Positions 33,590-44,032 of a stretch of 64,000 nucleotides of DNA are shown here, one piece after another. Origin of the DNA: Diplonema japonicum (taxonomy: Eukaryota; Protista; Euglenozoa: Diplonemea); NCBI GenBank assembly GCA_964019335.1, contig OZ025698.1:124001-188000 (forward strand). The letters run 5' to 3'. Position numbers and translations under genes: made by a program. Each line of letters starts with the position of its first letter. Within the stretch, counting starts at the first letter, position 1. Below the pieces are notes generated by a model. The model had not been told where the DNA came from. It saw only the letters and a program-made list of their open reading frames with translations, and made no database searches.

Positions 33590-35788
33590 TCAATTGGCAG
33601 GGGCGGGGGCCGGGCCCACAGAGGCTGCCCGTCCACGGCCGGCCCCGTTGGGGGAAGCAGAGTCGCCAGCCAGCGACTGGGCGCGTCCCCTTCCGCCCCC
33701 TTGCTCCGTCGATGTCGGGTAGGGGCCTGGCGTGCTTACGCCCTGCGCCTGGTGCCCCTTCGTCCCTGCCTTGGACCCAGCCTTGCCGCCCTTGCCCTTC
33801 CCAGCCACTGCCGTCCGCCCAGCTCCGTCTGCAGATGACGCCGGCGCGCCAAGTGACGCTGCCATCCTCTCCTGGAGGTCGCGGACCGTCGCCTGCAGAC
33901 CGTCGATGGTCGCCTGCATCGACTGGATCAGCGCGAGGAGCGCCGGGACCTCTGGTTCCGGTGCGGGATTCTTCTTCTGGGAGTCACGGGGAGGTGTCGT
34001 GGTCGGGGAAGCCGCAGAGGAGACCGGAGTCACAGTGCCAAGTGGCGGAGGGGCAACCGAGCTCGGTGGAGATGACCACGGATTGGTGCTCGGCAGCCCT
34101 GTGGACTGCACCGTGGGGCCAGGGGCCGGCGTCGGCGTCTGGGCCGTGGTTGCCGCAACCGGCGTCCGAGCCGCGGGTGGAGCCTTCTTGTTGGTGCGGG
34201 GCGGGAGCGTGACGCTCGGGTGGTCTTCCGCGTCGTGCAGTCGAACGAGACGAGAGCCGAAGAGCCATGTCCTGGCCTTGGGGGGCGGGGCGTCGGCGAC
34301 GATGAAGAACACGAGTTGCCTCGTGCCCTGGAACGCCGTGTCAGAGCGTCGGATGATGGACGACGGCTTCCAACCGATGTGGTCCATCATCCCGTCGAAG
34401 GCTGCCCTGGTAACAGACAGCGGGGCTCCGGTGAGCAGGTACCGACGCTTTGTCCTCTGCTTGGCGAGGGCCTCCCTCAGACGCTGCTCCGTCTCCGGCA
34501 GGCACCTCACGGTCCAACCCTTGCGATGGGCCACCCCCAGGGACAACCCGCCCAGTGCCTTCGCCAGCTGGAAGGCCTCCGCCCTCCCCTCCGCTACGAT
34601 GGGCACGTAGGTGTACCCCCCGCGCCGCTCGGTCGTCCTGACCATGCAGCCGTCGCCCGAGGCCCGGAGTACCGCATGGACGGATGCCGCCGGGAGCCGC
34701 AGGCCCACCTCGTGGCTCCAGTGCCGCGCCCGCGGCTCGTTCCCGTCGATCTTCTTCGGGCGGAAGATCGCCTGCTCCTCCACCGCCACGCCCTGGGTCG
34801 CGACGAGGTCCCGAACCCTGGCCTTCGCCGCGTTCACGCTGTCAGCTTTCACGCTGACGTACACTACCTCAGAGCCGCCATCAAAAGAAGCGAGTGGGGT
34901 GTAGGAGGGGGGGTTCGACCCGACCGAGAAGGTGTGCACGGCCTTGTGCACGACACGCTGGCCGGCGAGTACGATGACGGTGCATGGGGTGGTCGAACCG
35001 GCAACCTCCGTCAAGAGGACGAAGGTCAGGGAGGCCGTGGGCCTCGCAGTGCGAATCGCGTCCACCTGCTGGAGGTCGTCGAGAGCGACGACGGCGCGGG
35101 GCACCTCCTCAGGGGGAGCAGTGTTGGTGTAGATGGGGGCGTCCCACGTGTCGGGGACCAGATCCCAGTGAGGCTCCGGGGCCGGTGCGGGAGCGGGGGC
35201 CGTGTCCTTCTCGTCGGTGTCAGAGTCCGACATGGGGAGGGCGGTGTCGCAGGCAGCGGCAGTGAGGACGGCAGTAGACCACACGGCAGCAGTAGAGGCT
35301 GGAGCAGGCGCAGGAGCAGGGGAGTCGGCAGCAGCAGGCGCAGGAGCAGTGGTGTCGGCAGCAGCAGGTGCAGGAGCAGGGGAGTCGGCAGCAGCAGGTG
35401 CAGGAGCAGTGGCAGTGGTGTCGGCGGCAGCAGTCCTCATCCTCGCCCTCCTGACCTCTGGCGTGTCGACCGTGAACGAGGTGACAACGCCCGGCGACTC
35501 GCTAATTAAGACGACAGAGTCGTCGGAGCCCGAAGCGGCGGCGGTGGCAGCGTCAGCAGCTGCTGCCTTCTGTCTGGCCCTTCTGGCCGCCTTCTTCCCT
35601 TGCCCGGGGGAGGGTGTCACCACCGGCGTGACCCCCTCTGCGCGCTTCCTCTCCACCTCCTCGCGCGTGCGCTTCGCCCTGGCGGCGGCGTTGTCCTTTA
35701 CCCGCTCACCGCGGGCTTTCTCCAGGATTTCTTCCGTCCTGGACTTGTGGTGAGCGGGCCTCTTTTTCTTCTTGTTGGAGGTCGACAT
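33590..35788 (-). CDS. Family C ORF1
   Basis: ATG 9 nt after the SL; basic N-terminus, Ala/Pro repeats, core conserved with family B, short coiled coil. Confidence 0.85.
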   Translation of the reverse strand: MSTSNKKKKRPAHHKSRTEEILEKARGERVKDNAAARAKRTREEVERKRAEGVTPVVTPSPGQGKKAARRARQKAAAADAATAAASGSDDSVVLISESPGVVTSFTVDTPEVRRARMRTAAADTTATAPAPAAADSPAPAPAAADTTAPAPAAADSPAPAPAPASTAAVWSTAVLTAAACDTALPMSDSDTDEKDTAPAPAPAPEPHWDLVPDTWDAPIYTNTAPPEEVPRAVVALDDLQQVDAIRTARPTASLTFVLLTEVAGSTTPCTVIVLAGQRVVHKAVHTFSVGSNPPSYTPLASFDGGSEVVYVSVKADSVNAAKARVRDLVATQGVAVEEQAIFRPKKIDGNEPRARHWSHEVGLRLPAASVHAVLRASGDGCMVRTTERRGGYTYVPIVAEGRAEAFQLAKALGGLSLGVAHRKGWTVRCLPETEQRLREALAKQRTKRRYLLTGAPLSVTRAAFDGMMDHIGWKPSSIIRRSDTAFQGTRQLVFFIVADAPPPKARTWLFGSRLVRLHDAEDHPSVTLPPRTNKKAPPAARTPVAATTAQTPTPAPGPTVQSTGLPSTNPWSSPPSSVAPPPLGTVTPVSSAASPTTTPPRDSQKKNPAPEPEVPALLALIQSMQATIDGLQATVRDLQERMAASLGAPASSADGAGRTAVAGKGKGGKAGSKAGTKGHQAQGVSTPGPYPTSTEQGGGRGRAQSLAGDSASPNGAGRGRAASVGPAPAPAN

Positions 35789-35797
35789 GATTCTTTT

Positions 35798-35835
35798 CAA
35801 TAAAGTACAGAAACTGTAGCTTTAGAATCGTTGGT
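35798..35835 (-). other. Spliced-leader exon relic (38 nt)
   Basis: Identical to 4018-4055; followed by AAAAGAATC-ATG. Confidence 0.92.
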
Positions 35836-36269
35836 CGATTTCCTTTTTTTTTTTTCAAAATACCAATGCAGGGCCGCCATGGAGAGCAACACCTGAGAAA
35901 AGGGAAAAAAAAAGGTGAAGGGAAACCATGGGGAAATAGGGAGGGCAAAGGACCAGGCTTCTGCAAGCAGGAGGAGCCCTGGTCCCCCACCAACCCGTGC
36001 TCTGCTTTGGGACAGCCGAAGAGGGCTGAATTACATTATTCCCTCAGTCAAGTGAGAGAAAAACGGGGGCCTACCTTCCAGCTGGATGTCCTTCTTTGGC
36101 TGGAACCTCCGGCGGAAAGCCCCCCAGGGAGGTATTGCTCCTATTGAGCGAATCATTGGTGAGTGTGAAATAAAAGGGGAAATGGGAAACAGTGAGAGGA
36201 AGGAGAAGGAAGGGAAAGGAAAGTGGGAAACACAACATTCCATTTAACACACACACACGGGGCGATCCC

Positions 36270-39200
36270 TTAGCGCAGCACGGGGACCGGAGGAGGAGGC
36301 GGCACGTTTGAAGGTGCAGTGACGTCTGTAGACGCCAGGGATGATGGCGAGGTGAACAGTCCGGAGCGTGACCAGGCGAGCAGGCCAGACTCAACAATGT
36401 GGTCGTAGATCTGGGTCACGCGTCTCGACAGGGAGAAGGCTAGGGAGGGAGTACCAGCAGGAGTGTCGATCGCCCCCCTCCCGATCACAGGGCACCCACC
36501 GACAACATGCTCCCTGGACATCGGTGCTGCGTGGCAGGCTGGGCACCGGAGCACACCCTTGTGCTTCCTGTTCGGGCCAGCAGTCTGCAGGAAGCCGAAG
36601 AAGAGAGCCGAGTGACCAATCCGCAGCCGCGAGATGACCGTTTCAGCTTGTCTGGGGAAGCCAAGGGGGAAGTGCGCGGACCGAAGCTCGGTCGCCACCG
36701 CGTAGTTGTGGGCGAGGGATGTTATGAGCTCCGCGGACCTCCGCACCACCCACCGTCGCACCAGGGCCCTCACTGATCGGTAGTCAAGGGAGGGCCTGTC
36801 CTGCTTCCGCTTCGTTCCCTCCACGGCCAGAGCGTCAGCCTTCTCGTTCCCGTCCACCCCACAGTGGGAGGGCACAAACTGGAGGACCACCGGTGTCCCC
36901 TGCGTGCGCGCCGCGGTCACCAGCCGGCTCCACGTCTGGTGGTCGAGCTTCTCCCTCTGTCGCGTTGGGCCAGCTCGCAGCTGCTCGACGAGGGAGAGGG
37001 AGTCGGTGCAGATCGACAGCGGGGACTTCGCCAGCGAAGGGTGTGTTTTTCGGAGGGTAGCCACCATATCCAGCGCCGTTTTCACAGCCATGCCCTCTGC
37101 CCGAAAAGATGAACAGAAGTCGTTGACGCCATGGCACACAGACACAGGGGTCAGGGGGGGAGGCAGCTGCAGATAAACCCCAGAGCCACCTTTCGCCTTC
37201 TGTCCGACCTGTACAACCGAGCCATCCGTGTAGGCATGGATGCCCGGGGGGAGAGCCGCAAGAGCAGCCTCGGCCGCCTTCCGCCTGTCCGCGTCTGGCG
37301 ACGATCGCGTGACCCCGCCGGGGAGGTCAGTCCTGAAGTCGACCATGCCTGTCTGCCACGGGGCCGCCAGGGGCGTAGCCGACAGGTACTCGAAGTGCAC
37401 CTTTGGTTCCAACCCGCATCGACGCAGTGCTTGGTAGCCAGAGCGCAGCCACCCACACCCCAGCCTGTTCGCCTGCTTCAGCTTGACCGTCTCCCTGTGA
37501 ACCGGGGAAGACTGCCAGCAGAAGGCCTTCGCCGTCATCGTCGCCGCAGCACCCTCAGCCATTCTTTCGAGGGGAAGCAGTCCTGCCTCTGCTAGGAGCT
37601 TGTGCCCTCCGGAGCCACTCCAGCAGCCCGTGATCAGCACCGCCGCCTCCTGGTGAAGCCCAGCCAGGTCCTTCCTCCCGACATCATCGAGCCTGCTGTA
37701 GTAGACCCCCATGCAGTAGCGCAGCAGCGGGAGGATGTACGTAACGTAGAGAGACCGCAGAGTGTCCCTCTTGCTGCCCCAGGACGTGCCGGACAAGAGC
37801 TTCAGCACCCTCAGCCTTTTGCTGGCCCGCCGTAGGATGTCCTGTGCGTGTTCACCGAACGTGAGCCCAGAGTCCACCGTAACCCCAAGGTACCTCGCGT
37901 GTTCAGACAGAGGCAGGGGACGGGCCGCAACGTAATCCACGTCGGGCCGTCGCACGGCTGCATGCATGTCCCGCACGCAGCGGATCCGCACACCACCCGC
38001 CTCCACAACCTGAAGGCCCGCCAGCTCCTGGTCCCCGGAGATCGTGCCATCGGCGTTCACCCCCAGGCCGAAGAGTGGGTTCTGGAAGGCACCTGGCTGA
38101 AGGGGGACTCGTGACGAAGTGAAGTAGACCCCGAGACGTTTCTGGGGGGGGACGCAGACTGCCTGCGTCTTGGACGTGCTCAGCAGCATGTCACGCTCCC
38201 TGCACCAGTCCTCAACCGCATCCACCACTGCCTGCGCCTTCCGCTCCAGCCCAGCCACGTCCCCTTGTCCAGAGGAGATCACAACCGCCACGTCGTCGGC
38301 GTAGAGCACCGAGACGTCCGCCAGTCCCTCCAGTCTCCTGGCGAGTTCGTCGACGTAGATGGTGTACAGGATGGGACCCAAGACAGAGCCCTGGGGGACA
38401 CCCCGTCTCACCTTCGTCGTCGACCCCCTCGACCGTCCAATCGTGACCGCAGCAGTACGGCCGCATAGAAAGGACCGCGTCCACTCCACGAAGGGTTCGG
38501 GGAGACCCTTCCCTCGCATCTTGTCCAGCAGGGCACCATGGGGCACCAGGTCGAAGGCAGAAGAGAAGTCGAACAGCAGAGCGGCCGAGAGATGTCGATC
38601 GTCTTTGTTCCTCGACATGCACTCAGTGAGGGTTGCCACCTGCTCCTCCGTGGAGCGGCCGCGTCTGAAACCAGCCTGGCTGTCGTGGAGTCCCTCGACT
38701 CCCGTCCCGTCCGCGTCAAGAAGAAACGTGAGCCTCTCCTCGATCATCCTCTCCAGCAGCTTGCAGAGGCAGCTGGTCAGGCAGATCGGCCGGTAGGAAG
38801 CCAAGAGAGTCGCATCTTTTCCAGGTTTCGGTACCGGGACGATCACTCCCTTCTTCCAGGCACCGGGGACGACACCCATCAGCCAGGAGCGATTGAGGAG
38901 TAGAAGGAGGACACCGAGGGAGTCCGTGTTCAGGTGTAGGAGCATCTCCGAGAAGATTCCGTCTTCCCCGGCCGCGCTGCGCGTCTTCATCCTTCTCAGG
39001 CCGCGGGTGAGGTCGTCCACGGTGAACGCTTGACACCCGAGTCTGCTTGCAGAAGGAGCGGCGTCCTTCGAGTTCCCGTCACCACGCCTGCCGTAGAGCT
39101 TAGCGAAGTGCGCCCCCAGCCGGTCGGCCTTCGCCTTGTCCGACACAAATCTTCCCTCGAGTACAGGAAGGTGTGTCTTTCGGTGCCTGCCGTCCAGCTT

Positions 39201-40535
39201 CTTCACCGCTCTGAACGCAGCCCCGAGGTCCTTGCTCCGGCTGAGGTCGGCCGCCATCCTTCCCCATGCCTCACGCTTCGTCTCGTCAAGGAGTCGGTTG
39301 ACTTCCTTCACCTTCGCCCTGTACTCCTCCACCACGTCCGCCTCTTGAAGCAGGAGTTCGCGCAGGGTGTTCCGCTCTTCGAAGGCGTCCTCGAGCTCAG
39401 CAGTCCACCAGGGGGTCGGGCCACGTCGCATCCCACAGAGGGGAATGTGGTCGTTCGCCGCAGTCAAAAGGGCTTGTGTAAACCCCTTCGTGACAGAGTC
39501 AATCGGAGCCGCCGTGTCAACACCAGCAAGCAGGCGGGCAACAGCAGCAGTGTAGTCATCCCATCTGGCTTTTTTGAAATTCCAGGTGGGGAAGGGGCGC
39601 TCCGAACGGTAGACGTCCTCAAGAGGCAGGTGAAAGGATACGGGACTATGATCGGAGCCCCACGTGCCCAGCGTCTTCGGCTCAAGCTTCGCGCAGCGCC
39701 CCACAACCAGGTCCAGAACGTGTCGTGACGAGTCCCTCGTCGGTTCGTTGCGGTCGTTGTAGACGGAGTACCCGTGGGTGTCCAGCCAGTCCCTGACCAC
39801 GTTCCCCCTCTCGTTCGGCGTCGTCACCGTGGCGTCCCAGGAGCTGTGGTGAGCATTGAAGTCACCCGCTATGACTGTGTTCTTCCCCATGGGAAGGCTG
39901 CCAGGCCGCAGGTACTCAGGGTCCCTCGTGCCTCTGCCCGCGCTTACCGGTGTAAGGTAAACGTTGGAGAGAGTGATCGGCTCACGCTTCTCGCAGGAGA
40001 TCCTCACATCCAGTCTCTCAGTGACACAGTCCCCAGCCGGGAGTACGTGCGGAACCTCCTCCGAGGCAAGATCGTCGCGGACATACGTGACAATACCACC
40101 ACCCCTCGTCGCAGTGCCGTCAGTCACCGGTGTCAACCGATCCCTCCTGTATGACCTGTACCCAGGCAGGTGTGGCGTGTCGTGCCCTTCCCTCAGGTGC
40201 GTCTCCTGTATCATGATGATGTCCAGCGACAAGAAGTCAGCATGGCGAGATACGACGGTCCATTTCGCAACGAGGCCGTTGCAGTTCCACGAGACAACCT
40301 TGAGACCTTTAGGCGACGGGGGCGGCAGCTTCTTGGGTGGGCCAGGGTTTGTTTCGACCAGCCCAAGCAGCCCCAGCAGGTCCCTGACGGACATCCTCCC
40401 GAGTAGGGTGGGGATCAGTGCAGAAAAGTCGGTGAAGAAACAGAGAGGTAGGAGTCTCCTGGGGAGGATGCGAGGGAGACTAGGAGAGGGAGCATGGTCG
40501 TAGATCTGCTGCTCCCCCTGTTCTGCGGGGCCCCT
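36270..40535 (-). CDS. Family B ORF2: 2A-like, APE, RT, RNase H; frame open up to the ORF1 stop, first ATG at 40394
   Basis: 1374-aa ORF paralogous to 29282-33448 with the same motifs. Confidence 0.95.
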   Translation of the reverse strand, partial: RGPAEQGEQQIYDHAPSPSLPRILPRRLLPLCFFTDFSALIPTLLGRMSVRDLLGLLGLVETNPGPPKKLPPPSPKGLKVVSWNCNGLVAKWTVVSRHADFLSLDIIMIQETHLREGHDTPHLPGYRSYRRDRLTPVTDGTATRGGGIVTYVRDDLASEEVPHVLPAGDCVTERLDVRISCEKREPITLSNVYLTPVSAGRGTRDPEYLRPGSLPMGKNTVIAGDFNAHHSSWDATVTTPNERGNVVRDWLDTHGYSVYNDRNEPTRDSSRHVLDLVVGRCAKLEPKTLGTWGSDHSPVSFHLPLEDVYRSERPFPTWNFKKARWDDYTAAVARLLAGVDTAAPIDSVTKGFTQALLTAANDHIPLCGMRRGPTPWWTAELEDAFEERNTLRELLLQEADVVEEYRAKVKEVNRLLDETKREAWGRMAADLSRSKDLGAAFRAVKKLDGRHRKTHLPVLEGRFVSDKAKADRLGAHFAKLYGRRGDGNSKDAAPSASRLGCQAFTVDDLTRGLRRMKTRSAAGEDGIFSEMLLHLNTDSLGVLLLLLNRSWLMGVVPGAWKKGVIVPVPKPGKDATLLASYRPICLTSCLCKLLERMIEERLTFLLDADGTGVEGLHDSQAGFRRGRSTEEQVATLTECMSRNKDDRHLSAALLFDFSSAFDLVPHGALLDKMRGKGLPEPFVEWTRSFLCGRTAAVTIGRSRGSTTKVRRGVPQGSVLGPILYTIYVDELARRLEGLADVSVLYADDVAVVISSGQGDVAGLERKAQAVVDAVEDWCRERDMLLSTSKTQAVCVPPQKRLGVYFTSSRVPLQPGAFQNPLFGLGVNADGTISGDQELAGLQVVEAGGVRIRCVRDMHAAVRRPDVDYVAARPLPLSEHARYLGVTVDSGLTFGEHAQDILRRASKRLRVLKLLSGTSWGSKRDTLRSLYVTYILPLLRYCMGVYYSRLDDVGRKDLAGLHQEAAVLITGCWSGSGGHKLLAEAGLLPLERMAEGAAATMTAKAFCWQSSPVHRETVKLKQANRLGCGWLRSGYQALRRCGLEPKVHFEYLSATPLAAPWQTGMVDFRTDLPGGVTRSSPDADRRKAAEAALAALPPGIHAYTDGSVVQVGQKAKGGSGVYLQLPPPLTPVSVCHGVNDFCSSFRAEGMAVKTALDMVATLRKTHPSLAKSPLSICTDSLSLVEQLRAGPTRQREKLDHQTWSRLVTAARTQGTPVVLQFVPSHCGVDGNEKADALAVEGTKRKQDRPSLDYRSVRALVRRWVVRRSAELITSLAHNYAVATELRSAHFPLGFPRQAETVISRLRIGHSALFFGFLQTAGPNRKHKGVLRCPACHAAPMSREHVVGGCPVIGRGAIDTPAGTPSLAFSLSRRVTQIYDHIVESGLLAWSRSGLFTSPSSLASTDVTAPSNVPPPPPVPVLR

Positions 40536-43363
40536 TCAATTGGATGGACCCATGGAGGCAGAGCGCCCCTTGACCCCATTGGTGAAGAGATCTTTGGTCT
40601 CCGCGAACGACCTGGCCCGCCCCCTCGTACCCAGGTTCGTCACCGCAGCCTCAGAGGTCGTAGCGAGAGGAGGAGCCCCCTTCTTCCCCTTCCCCTTCCC
40701 TTTCCAGACACTGTCGTGTGTCGTCGTCGCCCCCGGTGTAGGGTCCCGCGGCACTGCCGTTCCCGTCGTCAGCGTGGCCGCCTGCGGCAGGAGGAGGCGG
40801 AGCGTCGTCCGCAGATCGGAGATCATCTCCTGCTGAGAGTCGATCGTCCTCTGCAGCCCGACGATCGACTCCTTCAGCGTGGCGACGAGCTCAGTGAGAG
40901 CGGCGACCTCAGGCGACCCGGAAGGGACTCCCTCCTTGTTTCCCGCAGACACGTTGCGGGGCGGTGTAGGGGACGTCACAGTGTCGAGTAGGGGGGGAGC
41001 CACCGAGCTCGGTATGGACGCCCACGGGCTGGTGGGAGGAAGCCCAGTTGCTTTCACCGCAGGGCCAGTCTCCGAGGGTGTCGACGCCGATACAGGTGCC
41101 GGGTCAGGTACAGGTGTAGGCGCAGGTGCAGGTACATGAGAAGATGTGGGTGCCGGGGTCGAGGACGTTGCAAGCGCAGGTGCAGATGCAGGTGTCGTCC
41201 TGTTGATGAGAGGGGGCGGCTTGACGGTCGGGTGGTCGTCCGCATCACGGAGGCAGACAAGGCGCCCCCCAAGGAGCCACGTCCTGGACTTCGGGGGCGG
41301 GCTGTCGACGACGATGAAGAACACGAGTTGCCTCGTGCCCTGGAACATCGTCTGCGTGCGTCGCAGGACGGAGGATGGTTTCCAACCGATGTGGTCCATC
41401 ACTTCGTCGAAGGCCGCCCTGGTGATGGACGGCGGGGCTCCGGTGAGCAAAAACTTGCGCTTCGTACGCAGTTTTGCGAGGGTTTCCCGGAGCCGCTGTT
41501 CCGTCTCCGGTAGGCACCGCACAGTCCATCCCTTACGGTGCGCCACCCCGAGAGACAACCCACCCAGCGTCCCCGCAATCCGATAGGCATCCGCCCTCCC
41601 TTCCGCCACGATGGGTACATAAGCGTACCCCCCGCGTCTCTCCGTCGTCCGCATTAAGCACCCGTCCCCGGACCGGCGCAGGACGGCGTGGACGTGTGCT
41701 GCTTGCAGGCGCAGTCCCACCTCGTGGGTCCAGTGCCTCGCCCGCGGTTCCTCCTCACCGAACTTCCTTGGGCGGAAGACCGCACGATCCTCCACCACCG
41801 CGCCCTGAGCCTTGGCGAGCTCCAGGACCCTGGCCTTCGCCTCCTTCAGGCTGTCTGCACTGACACAGACGTAGACGACCTCCGATCCGCTGTTGAAGGT
41901 GGAAGGCGGGGTGTAGGTGGGGGGGTCCAGCCCGAACGTGGAGACGTGGACCCTCCTGTTCACTGCGCGCGACCCAGAGACCATGACAATCTCGCTGGGG
42001 GTGGTGACACCGGGGACCTCTGTCATAAGGACAAAGGTGATGGATGCCGTAGGTAACGCGGAGCACACGACCCCATTCCGGAGGGATCGTCGAGCGCAAT
42101 GACAGCGCGGGATGTTTCCGTCGGGGGGGACACGTTGGTGTAGATCGGGGCGTCCCATGTGTCTGGCACCAGGTCCCATCGCGGGGTTGTGGAAGGGGCA
42201 GGGGCAGGGTCGTCCTCCATCTCCTCAGGGCCAGAGCTGGTGTCAGAGTCTGAGCTGAGGAGGAGCGTGCCTTGGTCTGTTGACGCGTTGGCGGAAGCGT
42301 TCGCGACTGCTTCGTCCTCGACCTTCTGGGCATCTGCCTCCTTGGCGGCCGCCAACCTCAAAGCTCCCTCCTTTTTGGCAGCGGCTGCGGCGGCTTCCTT
42401 TTCGGCGGCGGCGGTGGCTGCGACCTTCTTCTTCTCCTCGGCGGCGGCGGCTGCGGCTGCGGTCTCCTTCTCGGCGGCGGCGGCTGCAGCTTGCTTCCTG
42501 GCGGCGTCGGCTGCGGCCTTCCTCTCGGCGGCGGCGGCGGCAGCGGCTTTCTTCTCGGCGGCGGCTGCTGCTTTCTTCTCGGCGGCGGCGGCGGCTGCGG
42601 CTTTCTTCTTCTCGGCTGCAGCGGCTGCGGCTGTAGCCTTCTTCTCCTCGGCTGCTTTCATCTCGGCCGCAGCACGCGCAGCCTCCTTCTCCTCTGCCGC
42701 AAGTCGTGCAGTAGACCGCTCGCGCAGAGCCTTCTCCTCAGCCTCGACTGCTCTGCGAGCAGCCTCCACACCAGCCACGCGAGCAGCTTCCGTCTCGGCT
42801 GCCATTTTGACAACAGCAGCATCAGCCACCTCCTGCGCAGCCTTCATCTTAGCAGCTATTTCTGCAGCTACCACGTCGGCCGACTCGCGTGCAGCTTCCA
42901 AATCAGCAGCGATTCCCGCGAGTTCGACGTCGGCCGCAGTGCGTGCGGCTTCGAGGGGGTGTGTGGCGTCAGCTATGTGTGCGGCTTCGGCGGCAGCGTC
43001 AGCGCGCGCGGCTCTGGCGGCCTTCCTCCTAGCTTTTTTGCTGGAGGTCGGGGTGGCGACGCTGGCGTCAGGCGAAACCGGCCTTTTGACGGAGCCGGTC
43101 GGGGTGGAGGCGACAGGTGTCGCTGGGCCGGCTGTAGCGGCGGCGGCGTCGGGCGTGAGGAGGTCAATTACGGTGACCACCCCCGTCATCTTCTCCCGGT
43201 GCTCCGGCGTCAGGAGCTGCCCCAGCTCCCCGGCTGCTCCAGCGCTGCGGAGCATCCTCTCCACCCGCCGCTCCTCCCTGGCCTTGGACTGGGCCAGCTG
43301 CGTGCTGGCCCCGTTCCCTTCCGGCTTTGCCTTCTCCTTGTGCTTGTCTTTCTTCTTGCCCAT
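40536..43363 (-). CDS. Family B ORF1 (ATG at 43363; frameshift near 42085)
   Basis: MGKKKDK start, A/E/K-rich helix, WDLVPDTWDAPIYTN; continues in a second frame homologous to family C ORF1. Confidence 0.8.
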
Positions 43364-43389
43364 TTTTCTTTTCTTTTCTTTCGATTTCC

Positions 43390-44021
43390 TTTTTTTTTTT
43401 TCAAAATACCAATAGGTGCCACCATGGGGAGCAACACCTGGGAAGGGGAAAGGTGAAGGGAAGCATGGAAATATTACAGGGAGGGCGAAGACCAGTTCTT
43501 CTGCAATCAGATGGAGCTGTGGACTCCGCCAACCCGTGCACCTGTTTGGAACAGCCGAAGAGGGCTGAATTACTTTAATTCCAAGCCGCGTAGACCTACG
43601 TGACTCGGACGGGGACCTTGACCCCAATTCGTCGTTTTTCTCAACTGGGACCTCTGGTGACCGGAACTGGCCCCGGTCGCCCCCTCGAGAGGGATTTGCT
43701 CCATTGAGCGAAACATGAAAGGGTGAGAGTAAAATCTCTCAAAATCAAAAGGGGAAGCGAGTGTGCGTGTGCGCATGGGGATGATAGGGGAAGCATTTGC
43801 TCTCCCCGCTGCACTCCGGCTGGCGGGGGGAGGGGATGGCCGTACCACACTCGTTCGTGCGAAGATGAGAGGACTCATCTGGGCAACTTCAGAGTAGGCC
43901 GGGCCATCCGTTTTTGACTACAATGTCAGGGCACACGATAACAAGAGGATGTTAATTTTAAAAATTTAAAAGTTTAAAGGGGGACGGGCATACTGGTAAG
44001 AGAAAGGCCAGACGCCGGATG
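43390..44021 (-). mobile_element. 5'-truncated family C copy (3' UTR only)
   Basis: Near-identical to 28555-29190; bounded by GGAAATCGA. Confidence 0.92.
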
Positions 44022-44032
44022 GATCGATTTCC

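Larger units (their letters stand above)
28555..35835 (-). mobile_element. Full-length, apparently intact Ingi-like retrotransposon, family C, SL-capped and flanked by GGAAATCGAC TSDs
   Basis: SL at 35798-35835, ORF1, ORF2, ~700-nt 3' UTR, poly(A); TSD at 28545-28554 and 35834-35843. Confidence 0.95.
35844..43380 (-). mobile_element. Near full-length Ingi-like retrotransposon, family B
   Basis: ORF1 (one frameshift near 42085), intact ORF2, 3' UTR, poly(A); GGAAATCGA on both sides. Confidence 0.95.

Noticed and set aside
33732-35753. Long plus-strand ORFs opposite the retroelement ORFs (also 42159-43456 and similar)
   Set aside because: Antisense shadows of GC-rich coding sequence with no recognisable motifs.
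36100-36160. SECIS in the family B 3' UTR, which would make the UGA a selenocysteine codon
   Set aside because: ATGA is present but there is no opposing GA quartet, and family C has ATGT at that position.
42023-43627. 534-aa ORF starting at 43627
   Set aside because: The first ~88 codons read through the upstream element's 3' UTR, poly(A) and TSD; the real start is 43363.
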